Source of the DNA: an uncultured Isosphaeraceae bacterium
GTDB lineage: Bacteria > Planctomycetota > Planctomycetia > Isosphaerales > Isosphaeraceae
Reading direction: 5' to 3'
Assembly (NCBI GenBank): GCA_963850935.1
Contig: CAWKNT010000007.1
Coordinates: 153,172-217,171, forward strand
DNA length: 64,000 nucleotides
Position 1 is the first letter of the stretch, and every line of letters starts with the position of its first letter. The notes below the pieces were generated by a model. It did not search any database. It saw nothing but the letters and a program-made list of their open reading frames with translations, and had not been told where the DNA came from. The translations under genes and the position numbers were made by a program. Below, one piece after another: positions 20,298 through 32,370 of this stretch.

Positions 20298-21505
20298 ATG
20301 CGTGCAAATTCTCTATCCAATCTGCTTGAGTGCTCGGACACTTCAAGTCGCCACCCGACGCGTCGAATCACACGATTCGCACTTTGCTGCGAACCGCTGG
20401 AAAACCGTGAACTGCTCGCGGGCGGCCCGGCCATCTTTGGCACCGGCGCAAGCGACCGAGGCCGCGCCGACGCCGCCAGTTTCCGTTCCCGCGGCTGTGG
20501 CCGGATCCGATCTATCCAGCTTCTCGAACACCACCCAATTCGGCTTCGCGACGTCGGGCGGTTTGAGTCTGACAGGACCGCTCGGCGCAGCCAACTCCAC
20601 GAATTCGGCGAACGAGTCGTTTTTCGTCCAGGGAAACGTGAACGGAAGTTCGGTCAGCCAGGGCACGAACTCACCTGGCCTGTCCCTGGATTTCGAACTC
20701 GGCGATCACTCCCTTGAATCCGAGCATGACGTCGAGCATGACAGTGAGTACCGAACCCGTGCCCGATCAGCCGAACTACGTGATTCCGCCGCCGTTGTCC
20801 GCAGTGGCGAACGTGCAGCTCGGCGCGAGCACCGCGCCGGAAACCGCAATGGCGGCAGCCGGTAACACGATGAACACCACCACGATTCTAAAGTTGGCTG
20901 CGCAGCCGGCGTCGTTGACGCAACTGGCGCCGAGCCAGGTCATCGGGCGGCGGAGCGTGGCGCTTGAGGGGCTCAGTGTCATCGAGCAGTCGGAGCCAGT
21001 GGTAACAGGCGGCGTGCCCGCACCTGCACAAGCTCCCGCCGCTGCGCCAGGGGCACAGCAGGTGCCTTCCACCAAAACTCCCGAGACTCAGCCGCCCCCA
21101 GCACCTAAAGGACCGGAGGGACAGCAGCAACCCGCGCCGTCGGCCGATGCACCGGCGCCAAAGTCGGCACCGCAGGGTGAACAAGGCTCGACGCCCGAAG
21201 CCATGAACGTGCGGACGCTGCCGCTGCCGCTATTCGGCGAACCGAGTGACGCAGGATCTGAAATGACCGACGCCGGCGTGCTTACTCGATACCGTGTTGA
21301 TGCAGTTTGGGATGCGGACGAAAATCTCGCCGCCTCCGACACGTCCCGCAGCATATCCAACGTTGTCAGCCTTACGGCCGTCGCCGTCGGCGGGTACCAA
21401 CTGGCCTTGCATGACGCAGGTCGCGTCACGCGGGGATGGGCTCTACGCCGGACGGGAACTGAGCGACCAGGCAAACGAAAGACGAGCGACTTACGGCTCA
21501 CTTAG
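20298..21505 (+). CDS. hypothetical secreted Pro/Ala/Thr-rich protein with Planctomycete-type N-terminal LExRxLL motif (3 frames)
   Basis: ...RRITRFALCCEPLENRELLAGG..., then low-complexity S/T/P/A/Q-rich sequence, spread over ORFs 20235.., 20290.. and 20714..21505. Confidence 0.35.
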
Positions 21506-21568
21506 GCGTTAGGCGAAAAGTTGTCGTGGTAGCCGCGCCTTTCGTGGCGCTCGCTGCGATTTCCGAAC

Positions 21569-21604
21569 AAAAAAAACCAAGAGGGCCGCGAAGGCCCCTC
21601 TTGG
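21569..21604 (-). terminator. rho-independent terminator (minus-strand orientation)
   Basis: Hairpin ccaagagggcc-gcgaa-ggcccctcttgg (21577-21604) is preceded on the plus strand by an A8 run. That gives a U-tract after the hairpin on the minus-strand transcript. Confidence 0.45.
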
Positions 21605-22021
21605 TGTGATTGATATGGTACCGAAAGCAAGCATGCAGCGGACCGCGAGAGGCTTCTCCGGTTCAGCCTACTTCTGAGCCCGAAGGACATGCTGATCGCG
21701 GCCCCATCGCCGACGATCGTTGCACTGAATGGTGGCACCCCTTGGATACGGCTTGATGGCGACATCGGAGAGACCTGCTGATCCAGAATAGATGGTTGAG
21801 CGAATCACTTCACGTCGGCTACCGCCTCGAATACTGCCGGCTAAGAGGGGGAGGAAACTCGGCCTCGGGCTCAGAGGATGTGTTGCGGGTTGCACAACCG
21901 ATTCGTCCGCGGAGAGGTCTGAGATGGGCCAGATCGACCGAAGCCGACGGCGAAGGGGATGTGCGAGAGGCCCGCGACACAAAAATCTGCACCGCCTCGC
22001 TTGACAAAGGCCCGCTCATAG

Positions 22022-22393
22022 ATGGATGTCTTTCGGTGCAAGTCGCCGGAAGTGGTCGAGAAGGAGATCTGGATGCATTTACTAGCTTACAACTTGATCC
22101 GAGTTGTGACGGCCCAGGTGGCCGAGGCACACGAAAAGCGTCCGCGGCAGCTGAGCGTCAAAGGCACGCTGCAAACGATCACGGCATCCCAAGAGGCAAT
22201 GCGGCGAGCAGCGCCGGCGGATCGGGAATTGTTGCTGCAAGCGATGCTTCGTGCGATCGCACAACAGGAGTCGGTGATCGATTTGGTCGAGTGGAACCTC
22301 GCCCCAACAAACGCCGTCCCCAAGGCACATCGATACCTGGTGGAACCACGCCCTAATGGCGCAAGCGCTTGCGCATGGCGGCATAACGGCTAA
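22022..22393 (+). pseudogene. IS4-family DDE transposase C-terminal fragment
   Basis: FRCKSPEVVEKEIWMHLLAYNLIRVV...YLVEPRPNG resembles the conserved IS4-family C-terminal region (...k.pegveqEiwahllayNLiR...). The DDE N-terminal part is absent. Confidence 0.45.
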
Positions 22394-22609
22394 TCTCTTG
22401 CCATTCGTGTCTGAATCCCCTGGGACTCTGAATCCCGCTGACCGCCCATGGTCCGCGGAAGCGATGGTAAACGGGCCGGATACTTAACCGGCCCGCGAGC
22501 TAACAGCGACCTCCGTGCGCAGAATGACTGCCCTCCATAATCATGCGGCGATGCTCTCATGAATTGAGGTCTGCGTTGATTAATGTATTGGGTGGCGAGA
22601 AGGGGGGGC

Positions 22610-23400
22610 TCAGTACTCGATGACCCCTGCGGCCTGCGGTGTGCCAATCGTGACGCTGCCAGCGGTGAGATTCACCAGGAAGCAATCCGTCGCGGCTTTT
22701 GTTGAACCGTAAATCGTCACGACGAACTTCTCGGTGACCGCACCCGGGGCAAAGGTGAGGACCTCTGAGGTAGCCGCGTAGTTGACGCCGGCCTTGGCGG
22801 TCAGATCTGCCGTGGTGGCCGTGACGGTGACCGGGGAAGTTTGCGCCTCATTGAGGCTTACGGTAAAGGTCATCGTCGTCGTGCCCCCGCCGGTCCCGAC
22901 CATCTCCTGCACGGTGGCAATCGATAGGCTCGGTGGCGGCGGCACGTCGATCGTCCCGGAGAGCTTGGGAGTGGCGATCGTTGCCCCGCTTGCCCCGCTG
23001 AGGCTTAGGTAAAACACCCTGTTCGTCGTCAAGTTCTTGTCAGCGAGCACCGTCACCGGGATTATCCCCGACGTCTTACCCGCCGGAATGGTGAGAGTCC
23101 CATGAGTCGCGGTGTAGTCCGTGCCGGCAATCGCCGTCGAGTTCGATGTCTGGTAATTGACAGTCACCGCTGTTGACGAGGCGGAGGTCAGGTCGATCGT
23201 GAACTGCATCGTCACCGAGCCCTTCCCGGGCTCGACGACCGATGCGCCGTTTGCGTACATTAACGGCACCGTGAGGAGTGTCCGCTCTTCCATCGCCTCG
23301 ATCGAAGGACGAGTTGACCGCCCACAGCGGCGGCCCGCCTTCATGGTGTTGCGAATTCCCCAGCAATTGACGCTTGCGTAAGACATCATGCAATTCTCCA
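22610..23400 (-). CDS. Calx-beta domain protein (two Calx-beta repeats), secreted
   Basis: TVNYQTSNSTAIAGTDYTATHGTLTIPAGKTSGIIPVTVLADKNLTTNRVFYLSLSGASG... and a second repeat. N-terminal ...SIEAMEERTLLTV (LExRxLL-type motif). Start codon choice is uncertain (23350-23400). Confidence 0.65.
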
Positions 23401-24822
23401 TGGAAATGGGGGAAACAACGTGCGCACAGCGATCCCGTCCGCGCAATACGGACCAATTTGAGCGCTGCGAAATCTTTAGATCAGGCCGACCTTGAGCCGG
23501 CCCAGGCGACACTGAAGCTTAGCTCGGACTTGTGAGCGAGCCTCCAGAAACTTACGACGCGGCAGCACCGCAGTCGGCATAGAGGTTACTATCATGCGAG
23601 CACTTCTCGTCGCGACGTCCCGAAAGCTTCGTCCATCCAACGAGGATTGCTTGCGCCAAGACCGTTGTCCAGCGAGAGCGGGCTTGCGTTGTTAGTGAAG
23701 GCGTCTCCGCCGCCCCTCCCGCCCATGTAGATGATATTGCTAACTCAGTGCCTTTAACGCCACCGGCAACGCCGTCGATCGGCGGACCGGTGCTCGTAAC
23801 GAGCGTGGAAAGCCTTCTGAAGTAAACCCGTCTTTAGATGTAGAAAACGCATAGGTCGCTCCCCTTCGATAAATACACCAGGGGATGGCACTCGGTCCCC
23901 TGCGGTCCGAGAAGAATTGGAGAAACTACCCTCGCTCGTCTCAAAATGTAGATCAGAGTAGGCATCTTGGGGCGAGTTACTTGCGAGAAAGCCCAAAATT
24001 TTTATGTCGAACTCATGCACGCGATCAAGTTGTCATCGATGTGAACTTGCACGACGAGACTCATGATGTTATAGCTTCATGAAAGCAGCCGTTCATATTT
24101 AACTCGGTGAAAACACTTTCGCTCCATCGGCTGTCGGTCCTCGATAACAAGAGTGATTTTTGGGAACTGCGCAGACGGCGACTGGTAGAACCGGCGTAGC
24201 CTGGTGGGCACATTCCGGCGCGAACCACTTTACGTTGATAGTGGAATCAAAAGGGCGGATCCGAGGCCCGATTGGCCCCGGTCAATCGAAAAAACGGCGG
24301 TATTTTGTGGCGAATCTAGAGGTTCGTCACATGAAATTCACTGAGAACAATAGCCGTCCCATATATAACGATAGATTCGTTTCCGGCATGACCGGGCAGT
24401 CATTACGATCGTGCGAACCCGAGCAGTTTTGCTTAAGAGGACACAATTCAGCGCTGAGCTGGCGTGTTCCTCCCAATCACTAGAATCAATCCAACAGACG
24501 CCACGGGTATCCTTGACCAATCGCGCCAGCAATGAGTGCAAGAATGACGACATAGGTACCTGCCACGACGCTATGCTCCAATTGATGCACGAAACAGGCA
24601 AAGCGTCACTCTCTTCCGCTTACTCAATATGGCGATTGATCAGTTGATGAACCACGCACGTATGGAGACACCCATGTTCTAACGCATCATTGTGAGTTGA
24701 TTTCTTAGTTGAGACGACACTTTAGGATCGATTTCGCGATGATGCAACCCTAGACCCAAATTTTTTTTTCGCAATTTTGTTGGTAGTGGTGTTAGGAGAT
24801 TCAAAGCACCTCATGCTAGTTC

Positions 24823-24852
24823 TTGTAAAGCACTAGTTATAAATATTATAAT
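24823..24852 (+). promoter_or_regulatory. near-consensus sigma70-type promoter (TTGTAA - 18 nt - TATAAT) inside the low-GC gene-poor stretch
   Basis: -35 TTGTAA at 24823-24828 and -10 TATAAT at 24847-24852 on the plus strand. Downstream lie ~350 nt with only a weak ORF, ending at the 21-bp repeats and a T-run. Confidence 0.3.
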
Positions 24853-25126
24853 CCATAAAAGGTGAAAATCAGAAGGCGCCGGATGCAAATGTGCCAACGG
24901 GCGTTCGTGATTCCGCCGGGAGCCGAGTGGATCGTTACATTTAACTAAGCGATTTGAGCCTGGCTCGTCTCTGTACCGGCCTTGAGCATTCTCATGGCTG
25001 AAGGGATTGCGCGACATGGCATCGACCGATTGATCGAGCACGATCTCCGTCAAAGGAAAAGGCCAGCTACAATAGCGAATTCGCCTGACGGCCTGGGTTT
25101 CTACTGGGCGCCGCAACGCCCTGCGC

Positions 25127-25210
25127 CATCAGCGTCGCATTGTGCGCCCTCGGCGTCGCGTTGTCCGCCCTCAGCGTCGCGTTGTGCGCCCTCGACGTCG
25201 CGTTGTTTTT
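25127..25210. repeat. 4 x 21-bp direct tandem repeat (gcgccctcRgcgtcgcRttgt) followed by T6
   Basis: gcgccatcagcgtcgcattgt / gcgccctcggcgtcgcgttgt / ccgccctcagcgtcgcgttgt / gcgccctcgacgtcgcgttgt, then ttttttg. In one frame the repeats encode APSAS[HR]C heptads at the end of ORF 24982..25215. Confidence 0.8.
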
Positions 25211-25692
25211 TGTAAACCTTGGTGCAGTACAAAAGTATATGTAAGGGCTGAGCTCCCTCAAATCTATCAAACATGCAGCCTCGACATAGCCCTTGGCGGT
25301 CGCTTGAGCTAAGAACCGGCCCTGTTGCGATTTAAGTCCAATTCTCGCCGGTTCATCTCGACAAGTGCTCGTCAACTGCGCCCATGCATTTAATCGCCGT
25401 GTTCAAGTTGCTCCTTGATGCGGGCATTCGGTTCAGATAGGTTCCATATCGGTGAATTGGAACTGATATTCTCGTTCGGAATGGACAATGATCACGCGCG
25501 ATGAATTCGTGAGCATTAGAAAAAGTGCTAGGACAGCAACGACTGCGTGAACTGGATTCTGAACAAGCGATTTGCCAGTGTTGTGCCACTCAAGGTGGGG
25601 TCGGTCTACCGTCCGTTCTTGGCCTTTCCATCAGATTCCAATTCGCGTGAGGATCTTGCACCTTTCGAAAATACATGAGGAGGCAACTAGTT

Positions 25693-26283
25693 ATGGGATG
25701 TAGAAAAATGTGGATTTTGGGGGCCGCGCTGTGCGGGGCGGTCCTCTGCGGGGCCAACTCACAGGCTGGCTCGATCACCTACCTCGCGACGGGAGTATTC
25801 ACGTCGTCCGGTACATCGACGTTCACCAACGGCGTCGCCAGTGTGACTGACACCGCGATACTATCGACGGCTAGTGCCCCGCCCCCGACTTTCGCGAACC
25901 TGGGCACGTTCACGACGGTCAATCCTAGTTCAACGCAGATATCGGCCAACGATACCTTCACCGTGACGATCGAGAACATTGCGACAACTGACACGATTAC
26001 GTTCTCAGGCAAGATGAGCGGTTCGTTTTCCGACGCCTCCAGCAGCGCAGTTTGTTCAGTTCAGCACGCCGCTCACGCAGACCCTTGATGGGTTTGTTTT
26101 CACGATCGTCTCGGCCGACGGGGGCACGCATGGCCGCGTCAACCTCAATGCTCCGTTGACGAACGGTGGCCAATCGACGATCAACGCTAGCGTGTCCTTC
26201 ATCCCGGAACCCAGCTCGGTCGTACTTCTGGGTCTGGCCGTTCCTGGATTGGCCGGACTTGCCTATCGCCGGGCTCGTCGTTG
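25693..26283 (+). CDS. PEP-CTERM sorting-domain protein (one apparent frameshift near 26040)
   Basis: GAGGAGG lies 9 nt upstream of ATG 25693; the protein starts with a signal peptide, MGCRKMWILGAALCGAVLCGANSQAGS. After a +1 shift the C-terminus reads ...NASVSFIPEPSSVVLLGLAVPGLAGLAYRRARR*, a canonical PEP-CTERM motif: PEP, TM segment, Arg cluster. Confidence 0.65.
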
Positions 26284-26345
26284 AACATATGACAGTACTT
26301 GCCGCTCGGCCTTGGTCCGACGGCGAAATGGCCTGATTAATTCAG

Positions 26346-26381
26346 AACGGCATGTTCCTTTAGGGAGCATGCCGTTTTTTT
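26346..26381 (+). terminator. rho-independent terminator
   Basis: aacggcatg-(13 nt loop)-catgccgtt hairpin followed by T7, 60 nt after the PEP-CTERM gene stop. Confidence 0.55.
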
Positions 26382-26994
26382 GTTTACCTCATCCCGCCTC
26401 ACCAACCGAGTCCGAATGACGTCGCTACAGCTATACCCCGTCATCTCATGCAGCGAATCAATCGGCCAAGTTAGCTTCCTGGCATGCAGTCGCGTTGGTG
26501 TCAGAAAGATCATGAGCAGCGTGCTCCAGGGCGAGAGAACTCAGAGTGATGCAGCCAGACTGCTTCACCAGAGCGAGCGCCAGGTTAGACCGAGACGTGA
26601 GTGTTTCGGAGAACTGATTGCATTAACAGATGACGAATAAATGTTATTGAACAAATTATATATATTACGTCGGTAATATTTCAGAAGCACATCGTTCAAA
26701 GCGAGTGCAGTTTTACGAGCGGTCGTCCCCTGACGTCGGACGTAGCCCCTTTTAGTAAGCGCGCTGGCACCCCATCCCAATCTTGTGGCAAGTTGCACCT
26801 CGGACGTCGTTCGATTTGGCGCAGGATCGCGGATACGCGAACGTACTAGATTCGTTCCGCGGCCAAAAAGGTGGGCTAGACCGCGCAACGTGAGCTGACG
26901 GTCGATTTCCATTGCGGCCCGTCAATCCTCAACGTGGCACGGCCACGAGCCCGTGGTTCATGACGAGCACGATGACCGTGGCACGTTGATCGAT

Positions 26995-27318
26995 TCACTT
27001 GCTGATCTTCGTCAAAACGCGCTCGCCGTCGCCGATCTTGAACAAAACGCCGCTCACCCTTCCCTCTCGATCGTGGCGGAACGTGAACCGGCCATCGGTG
27101 TGAGGCATGAGAAACTCGGTTGGGGAGATGGGCTCGATGACGAGCGGTGCGGGCCTGAACGCCAGTTTGACGACCAGGTGCCCGTCGCCGCGGCTGATCG
27201 TGACCGGGGGGGCATCGGCTTTCGATCCCATCGAATACTTGCCCGTCAGTGAATCGAGGACGTCAGGCGCGAGCGAGACAATCGGGGGTCGAGCGAGATC
27301 CTGCACCGTCGGAAGCAC
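26995..27318 (-). CDS. hypothetical protein (possibly a C-terminal extension domain of the DUF1080 protein in another frame)
   Basis: ORF 26995..27318 overlaps the end of the DUF1080 ORF by about 70 nt. No recognized motif. Confidence 0.25.
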   Translation of the reverse strand: MLPTVQDLARPPIVSLAPDVLDSLTGKYSMGSKADAPPVTISRGDGHLVVKLAFRPAPLVIEPISPTEFLMPHTDGRFTFRHDREGRVSGVLFKIGDGERVLTKISK

Positions 27319-28062
27319 CGTTCAGCCAGGTCGCGGATCCACATATTGCGGAAGCGGACCGGATGGCCGTGGTCTTGAAGCTGGATCGGCCCGCGATCGG
27401 CATGCGCTTCGTACGGAAGCGATTGGAGCCAGGATGTTCTACCTAGAAGTTCCTCATTGTTTTGTATAAGAATACCATTGTGGATTAGAGTGAGTCGGGC
27501 CGGCTCGAGCAACTTGCCCCCTTGGTCGAAACGGGGCCGGCGAAACGCGATGTCGTAGGTCTGCCATTCTCCGGGTGGTCGGGAGGCATTGGCCAGTGGT
27601 GGATACTGGCCGTAAATGGCTCCGGCCTGGCCGTCGGCGTAGGTCTCGGCGTGGTACGAATCCAAGACTTGCACCTCGTACTCGCCCATAAGGAAAATGC
27701 CACTGTTGCCGCGATCCTGGCCCACGCCCGCTGCCGGGCTGGGCGATGCCCATTCGACATGCAGTTGGGCATCCCCGAATTTGGCTTTGGTCTCGATCGC
27801 GCCGGTTCCCGGTGCGACTTCCATGTAGCCGTCGGTCACCTTCCAGCGCACGGGCCGCCATCGGCACTTTTCCAGCCATCCAGATTGGATCCGTCAAAGA
27901 GAATGACGGCGTCGTTGGGGGCCCGGGTTGAGACTGGGTTGTCCACAGGTGCGACAACGGGCGCTTGGGACGGCGGATGTCGTGCTGAAACCAGCGGTCT
28001 TGGGTTGCCATGTTACGGGCCTCGCCGGCTACGAGGAAAGCGAATAGTCCAGTGATCGGCAT
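27246..28062 (-). CDS. DUF1080 (3-keto-disaccharide hydrolase-like) secreted protein, two apparent frameshifts
   Basis: Signal peptide [13 protein letters not shown] (frame of ORF 27454..28101). [19 protein letters not shown] is in a second frame near 27850-27900. [10 protein letters not shown]...[18 protein letters not shown]...GAIYGQYPP...[11 protein letters not shown]...NGILIQNN...[22 protein letters not shown] (ORF 27246..27851) matches the DUF1080 consensus throughout. Confidence 0.7.
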
Positions 28063-28322
28063 CAACGAAAGGCATACCTGGCGGACGGATCGCGCACACA
28101 TTTTGTGTTACTCTCACGATGAAGGAAAACGATTGGTCGCCCTGAACCCGTCAGTATAAACCACTGCTTGACAAATCGATGGTATCGTGCGAGGTTAAAT
28201 TATCGTTCAACAGGACGCGATGCCCTACCTGCTGGTGCTGCTTGCCCCGCCCGACTGCCTTTCATTCCCGAGTGTGCGACTGCTCGGAGATTGCGGCGAT
28301 TTGTCTTAAAGAGATTCGTTCC

Positions 28323-30713
28323 ATGGTCAGAAAGCCCGCGGTCGCTCACGCTCTGCTCTTGGTGGTGGCCGGTTTCGTTCATTTAGCTGGTACAACGGGA
28401 AACGCCGCACCACCAAAGATCAACAACCTGTCGCCCCTGGGTGTTCCGTGTGGCGTAGCCACGGAGCTGACTTTCAGCGGCGCGAATCTGACGGGAAGTC
28501 CCCGGCTCATCGCGCCTGTTCCGTTTCAGATCGAGCCATCCTCGCCACCGGCCAAAAGCGATGCGGCCAACTGGAAGGTCAGACTGACAGTTGCACCCGG
28601 GGTGGCCGTGGGGGTCTACCCGATCCGAATTCAAACCGACGACGGGATCTCGGCCCCGTTTCTGCTGCCCGTCGGCCAATTGCCGCCAGGTCGCGGAGAA
28701 GGAAGACAACAGCAGCTTCGAGCTGGCCCAGGTGCTGCCCGAGCTGCCCGTGGTCGTCGAGGGCCAAGTGGCCGGCAATGACGTCGATTACTTCCGATTC
28801 CGTGGTATAAAAGGTGAACTGATCGTCGTCGACGCGCAATGTGCGCGGATTGGGTCGGGGATCGATCCGACGCTTCGGTTGACGACGGCTGGGCCCAGCC
28901 GCACTTATATCTCCTCGGCCGACGATTCGCCGGGACTGCAGACCGATGCTCGGCTGGTCACGATGCTGCCGGCAGACGGCGATTATGTGGTCGAGCTGTC
29001 CGACTCGCGTTATCAAGGAGGAGGGCGTCCGGTGTTTCGGCTGGTCATCGGGCCTGTGCCGATGGCTTCCGAGGTATACCCCCTGGGTGGCCGTGCCGGC
29101 GAGACCGTCGGCCTGGAATTTCGAGGCGGGACCCTGGCAGGGGTCAAGATCGCGGCGGCCGCGATGAATCCGCTTGCGGGCACGGAGCTGGTCGTGCCGC
29201 GCATCTCGAGCAATATGCTCACCCGGCCTGGAGGCGCTAGCGGCGTCGCTGATTGCGATCGGAAACTCGACGTCGAATCGCTGGGGCCGCTCGTGGCTTC
29301 GAGTTATCCTGAGATCCGCGAGCCGGCCGATCCCGCGGCGCCCCCTGTCCGGTCGGTCGCGCCCGTTGTGTTCAACGGTCGGGTCGACCCTGCCGGGCGA
29401 CGACGATCGCTTCGTTCTCGCGGTGACGCCCGGCCAGCGGTTGCGAATCAAGGTGGTCGCCTACGAAGTCGGCTCGGCGCTCGACGCCGTTTTGCGCGTG
29501 CTCGGCAACGGCGGCGCGGTGCTCGCCAACGCCGACGATACGACCACTCCTCTGCCGCCGGAAAACGGCCAGGCGCAGTCACTCGTTATCCCCGACCCGT
29601 CGCTCGAACTCACAGTGCCCGGCGGCACTAATGAAATCACACTCGTACTGCGTGACCTGGAAGACCGCGGCGGCGTCGGTTTCGCGTACCGGATCGTCGT
29701 TGAGCCGCTGTTGCCCGACTTCCAGATCGTGCTCAAGGAATCGGAAGTCAGCGTTCCCCGCGGAGGAACGGCCGCAGTCGAAGTGACCGTCCAGCGCCAG
29801 GGCTACACTGGGGCGATCAAACCACCGTTGCCGATCCACCGGCTGGATTGACCGTGCGGTCCGGGACGATTGCCGCCTCCCAGTCCACCGGCGTAATCTC
29901 GCTATCGGCAGCCGTCGACGCCTCGTTTCCCGCTGCTCCGATCAGACTGGTCGGCCGGGCGCAGGGAACCAGCGGGCCTTTTGAACGGCTCGCACATAAG
30001 CAGGCCGTATTTGCCCAGCAAGCAACGCTCGCGACTTGCTCGATCACAGAATACGGACTCGTCGCCGCGCCGGCGCTGGCCGAGCCCATTGTACTCGACA
30101 CCCCCCCTGCCCTATTCGAGGTCGCCCACGGCTTGAGCGCGACGATTCCGGTCAAGGTGACGCGCATCCAAGGGAGCCGACGCCGCGCTGGCGATTACGG
30201 CGTTGCCCCTGCCGCCAGGCCTGACTGTCGCCGCACTTACCATTGCCGAGAAAGCCTCGGAAGGAAAACTCACGGTCAATTCGGCGGTCGCAGGTCCCTT
30301 GGGGATAACGACCATCGGCTTGCAAGCCAAGGGCAAGTTTGGAGGCCAGGACCGGACGTTTGACCTGCCCGCCGTGACGTTAAGCATCGTGCCCCCCGCC
30401 ACCGTTGCTATTGGCCGCGCCGCGCTCGAAATCAAGCCGGGAGCAACCGTCGAGCTCAAAGGATCGATCGTCCGCAAGGGGGGTTATGAAGAGCCCGGTG
30501 ACGGTCAAGATCAACGGCCTGCCAGCGGGACTCAAAGCAGATCCTGTCAACGTGGCCGACAAAGTGACGAACTTCACGTTGAAGATCGTCGCCGACGCCA
30601 AGGCCGCTCCGACCTCGGCGGGAGCCCAGGTCGCACTCGCTTACCAGATCGAGAAGAAGGACTATTCGGTCAGTCCCGTCCCCCTGGCAGTCAAAGTCGT
30701 GCCGGTGAAGTAG
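28323..30713 (+). CDS. large secreted protein with pre-peptidase-C-terminal (PPC)-like beta-sandwich domains; at least 5 frame changes
   Basis: Signal peptide MVRKPAVAHALLLVVAGFVHLAG. The protein is then pieced from ORFs 28179.., 28591.., 29174.., 29848.., 30203.. and 30405..30713. Repeated motifs GNDVDYFRF and PGDDDRFVLAV are typical of PPC/collagenase-type domains. Confidence 0.5.
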
Positions 30714-30775
30714 AATAGAGTTGGGCTCAAGCCCAATGGTTGAGGAACAAGCCAAGCCACGGAGTACCCCGCATC

Positions 30776-32317
30776 ATGTTTCGGAGTCTTTGTTTCGGTG
30801 TCTTGGCGTTTGTGTGCCTGGAATCGAGCTTTTGTAAACTTGCAACGGGTGATGATAGCCAGACCAAGGGCCAGCAAGATACGAAAGCACCCCAAACCAT
30901 CGCGGCAGGGCAAGAAAGCGCAGCTCCCGTCGAGCCCAAAAAGGGCGGATCATCGGCGGCAAAGCCGGACGTTAAGCCCAAGCCGAAAGCAGTGGTCCAG
31001 GCGGTCAGCTTTATCCGCGATGTCGCGCCTGTTCTGGTCGAGAACTGCATCGCCTGCCACAATCCGCGCAAGTCGGAAAGCAAGTATGTCATGACGACGT
31101 TCGCCCAGCTTGCCAAGGGAGGGCAGCAGGGCGAAGGGACACACTCGAGCCGGGCAAACCCGACGAGAGCCGCTTGGTCGAGGTGATCCGGCTCGACGGC
31201 CAGCCGAGGATGCCGTTCAAGCAAGACCCTCTTCCCTCGGAGAAGATCGCACTCATCGAGCGCTGGGTCGCCGAAGGGGCCAAGTACGACGGCGAACTCG
31301 CCCGGCGAGGACTGGACGATCCTCTTGCGCAAGACGCAGCAGGTCACGATTCCCGCGGCCTATCCCGTGACCGTGCCGATCACGGCGCTCCAGTTCAGCC
31401 GGGATGGCTCGACAATCGCGGCGTCGGGTTATCATGAAATCACATTCTGGAAGACGGCCGACGGCACGCTCGACCGCCGGTTGACGGGACTGGCCGAGCG
31501 GGTGTACGACATCGCCTACAGTCCCGACGGCAAGTGGCTGGCGACCGCCAGCGGCGATCCGGGCGTCTACGGCGTCGCCAAGCTCTGGCTTGCCGAACCA
31601 GGGGGCGGAGGCAAACCGGTTCGCGACCTCGCCGAGACCCAGGACGTCGTCTTCGCGGTCGCTTTCAGCCCCGACAGCAAGAAGATCGCCACCGCCGGCG
31701 CCGACCGAACCATCCGGGTGTTCGAGGTCGAGACCGGCAAGCTCTTGACCCAGATCGAAGACCACGCCGACTGGATCTTCGGGATCGCCTTCTCCCCCGA
31801 CGGCAAGCGGCTGGCCAGCGCCAGCCGCGACAAGACCGCGCAAGGTCTTCGACCTCGAAAAGAAGGAGTCGCTGGTGACCTTCCCGGGCCACGCCCAGCC
31901 GGTTTACACCGTCTCGTTCACGCCCGACGGCAAAGGCGATTGCAACCGGCGGCGAGGACAACCGCATCCGCGATCTGGAACCCGGACAACGACGCCAAGT
32001 CGATCCGCGAGATCGGCGGCTTCGGCGGCACAGTATTCAAGCTGCTGTATTACGCCCGACGGCAAGAACTTGCTCGCGGTGCGGTGCCGACAAGACTGGT
32101 CCACGTTTTCGATGCCAAAGGATCGTCGCAGCGCAAACTGCAGGGACACAACGACTGGATCTATGCCCTGGCTGTCTCGCCCGATGGCAAGACCGTGGCG
32201 TCGGGAAGCTGGGACGGCGAGGTCAAGCTCTGGAACCTGGCCGACGGCAAGCTTGTCCGGACCATCATCGCCGCGCCGGGCTACAAGCCCGGCGGCGTAC
32301 AGGCGGCGGCAAAATGA
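30776..32317 (+). CDS. c-type cytochrome domain (PSCyt1-like, CIACH heme motif) fused to WD40 repeats; frameshifted
   Basis: Signal peptide MFRSLCFGVLAFVCLES; ...FIRDVAPVLVENCIACHNPRKSESKYVMTTFAQL (CxxCH); then WD40 repeats in ORFs 31325..32317 and 31875.. (AFSPDGKRLASASRDKT..., FTPDGK...). Confidence 0.6.
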
Positions 32318-32370
32318 CAAGCCTGGTGTGACGACGGCCCGATGGTGCAGCTCTGCGCGACGACGAGCGT

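Noticed and set aside
22440-22520. GGGCCGG-n8-CCGGCCC hairpin between convergent genes, considered as a terminator
   Set aside because: No adjacent T/A-run on either strand. It may still act as a bidirectional stem-loop, but the evidence is insufficient.
25127-25210. 21-bp x4 repeat considered as a mini-CRISPR or a terminator
   Set aside because: No spacers. Only a weak self-complementary CGACGTCG core. Better described as a direct tandem (iteron-like) repeat.
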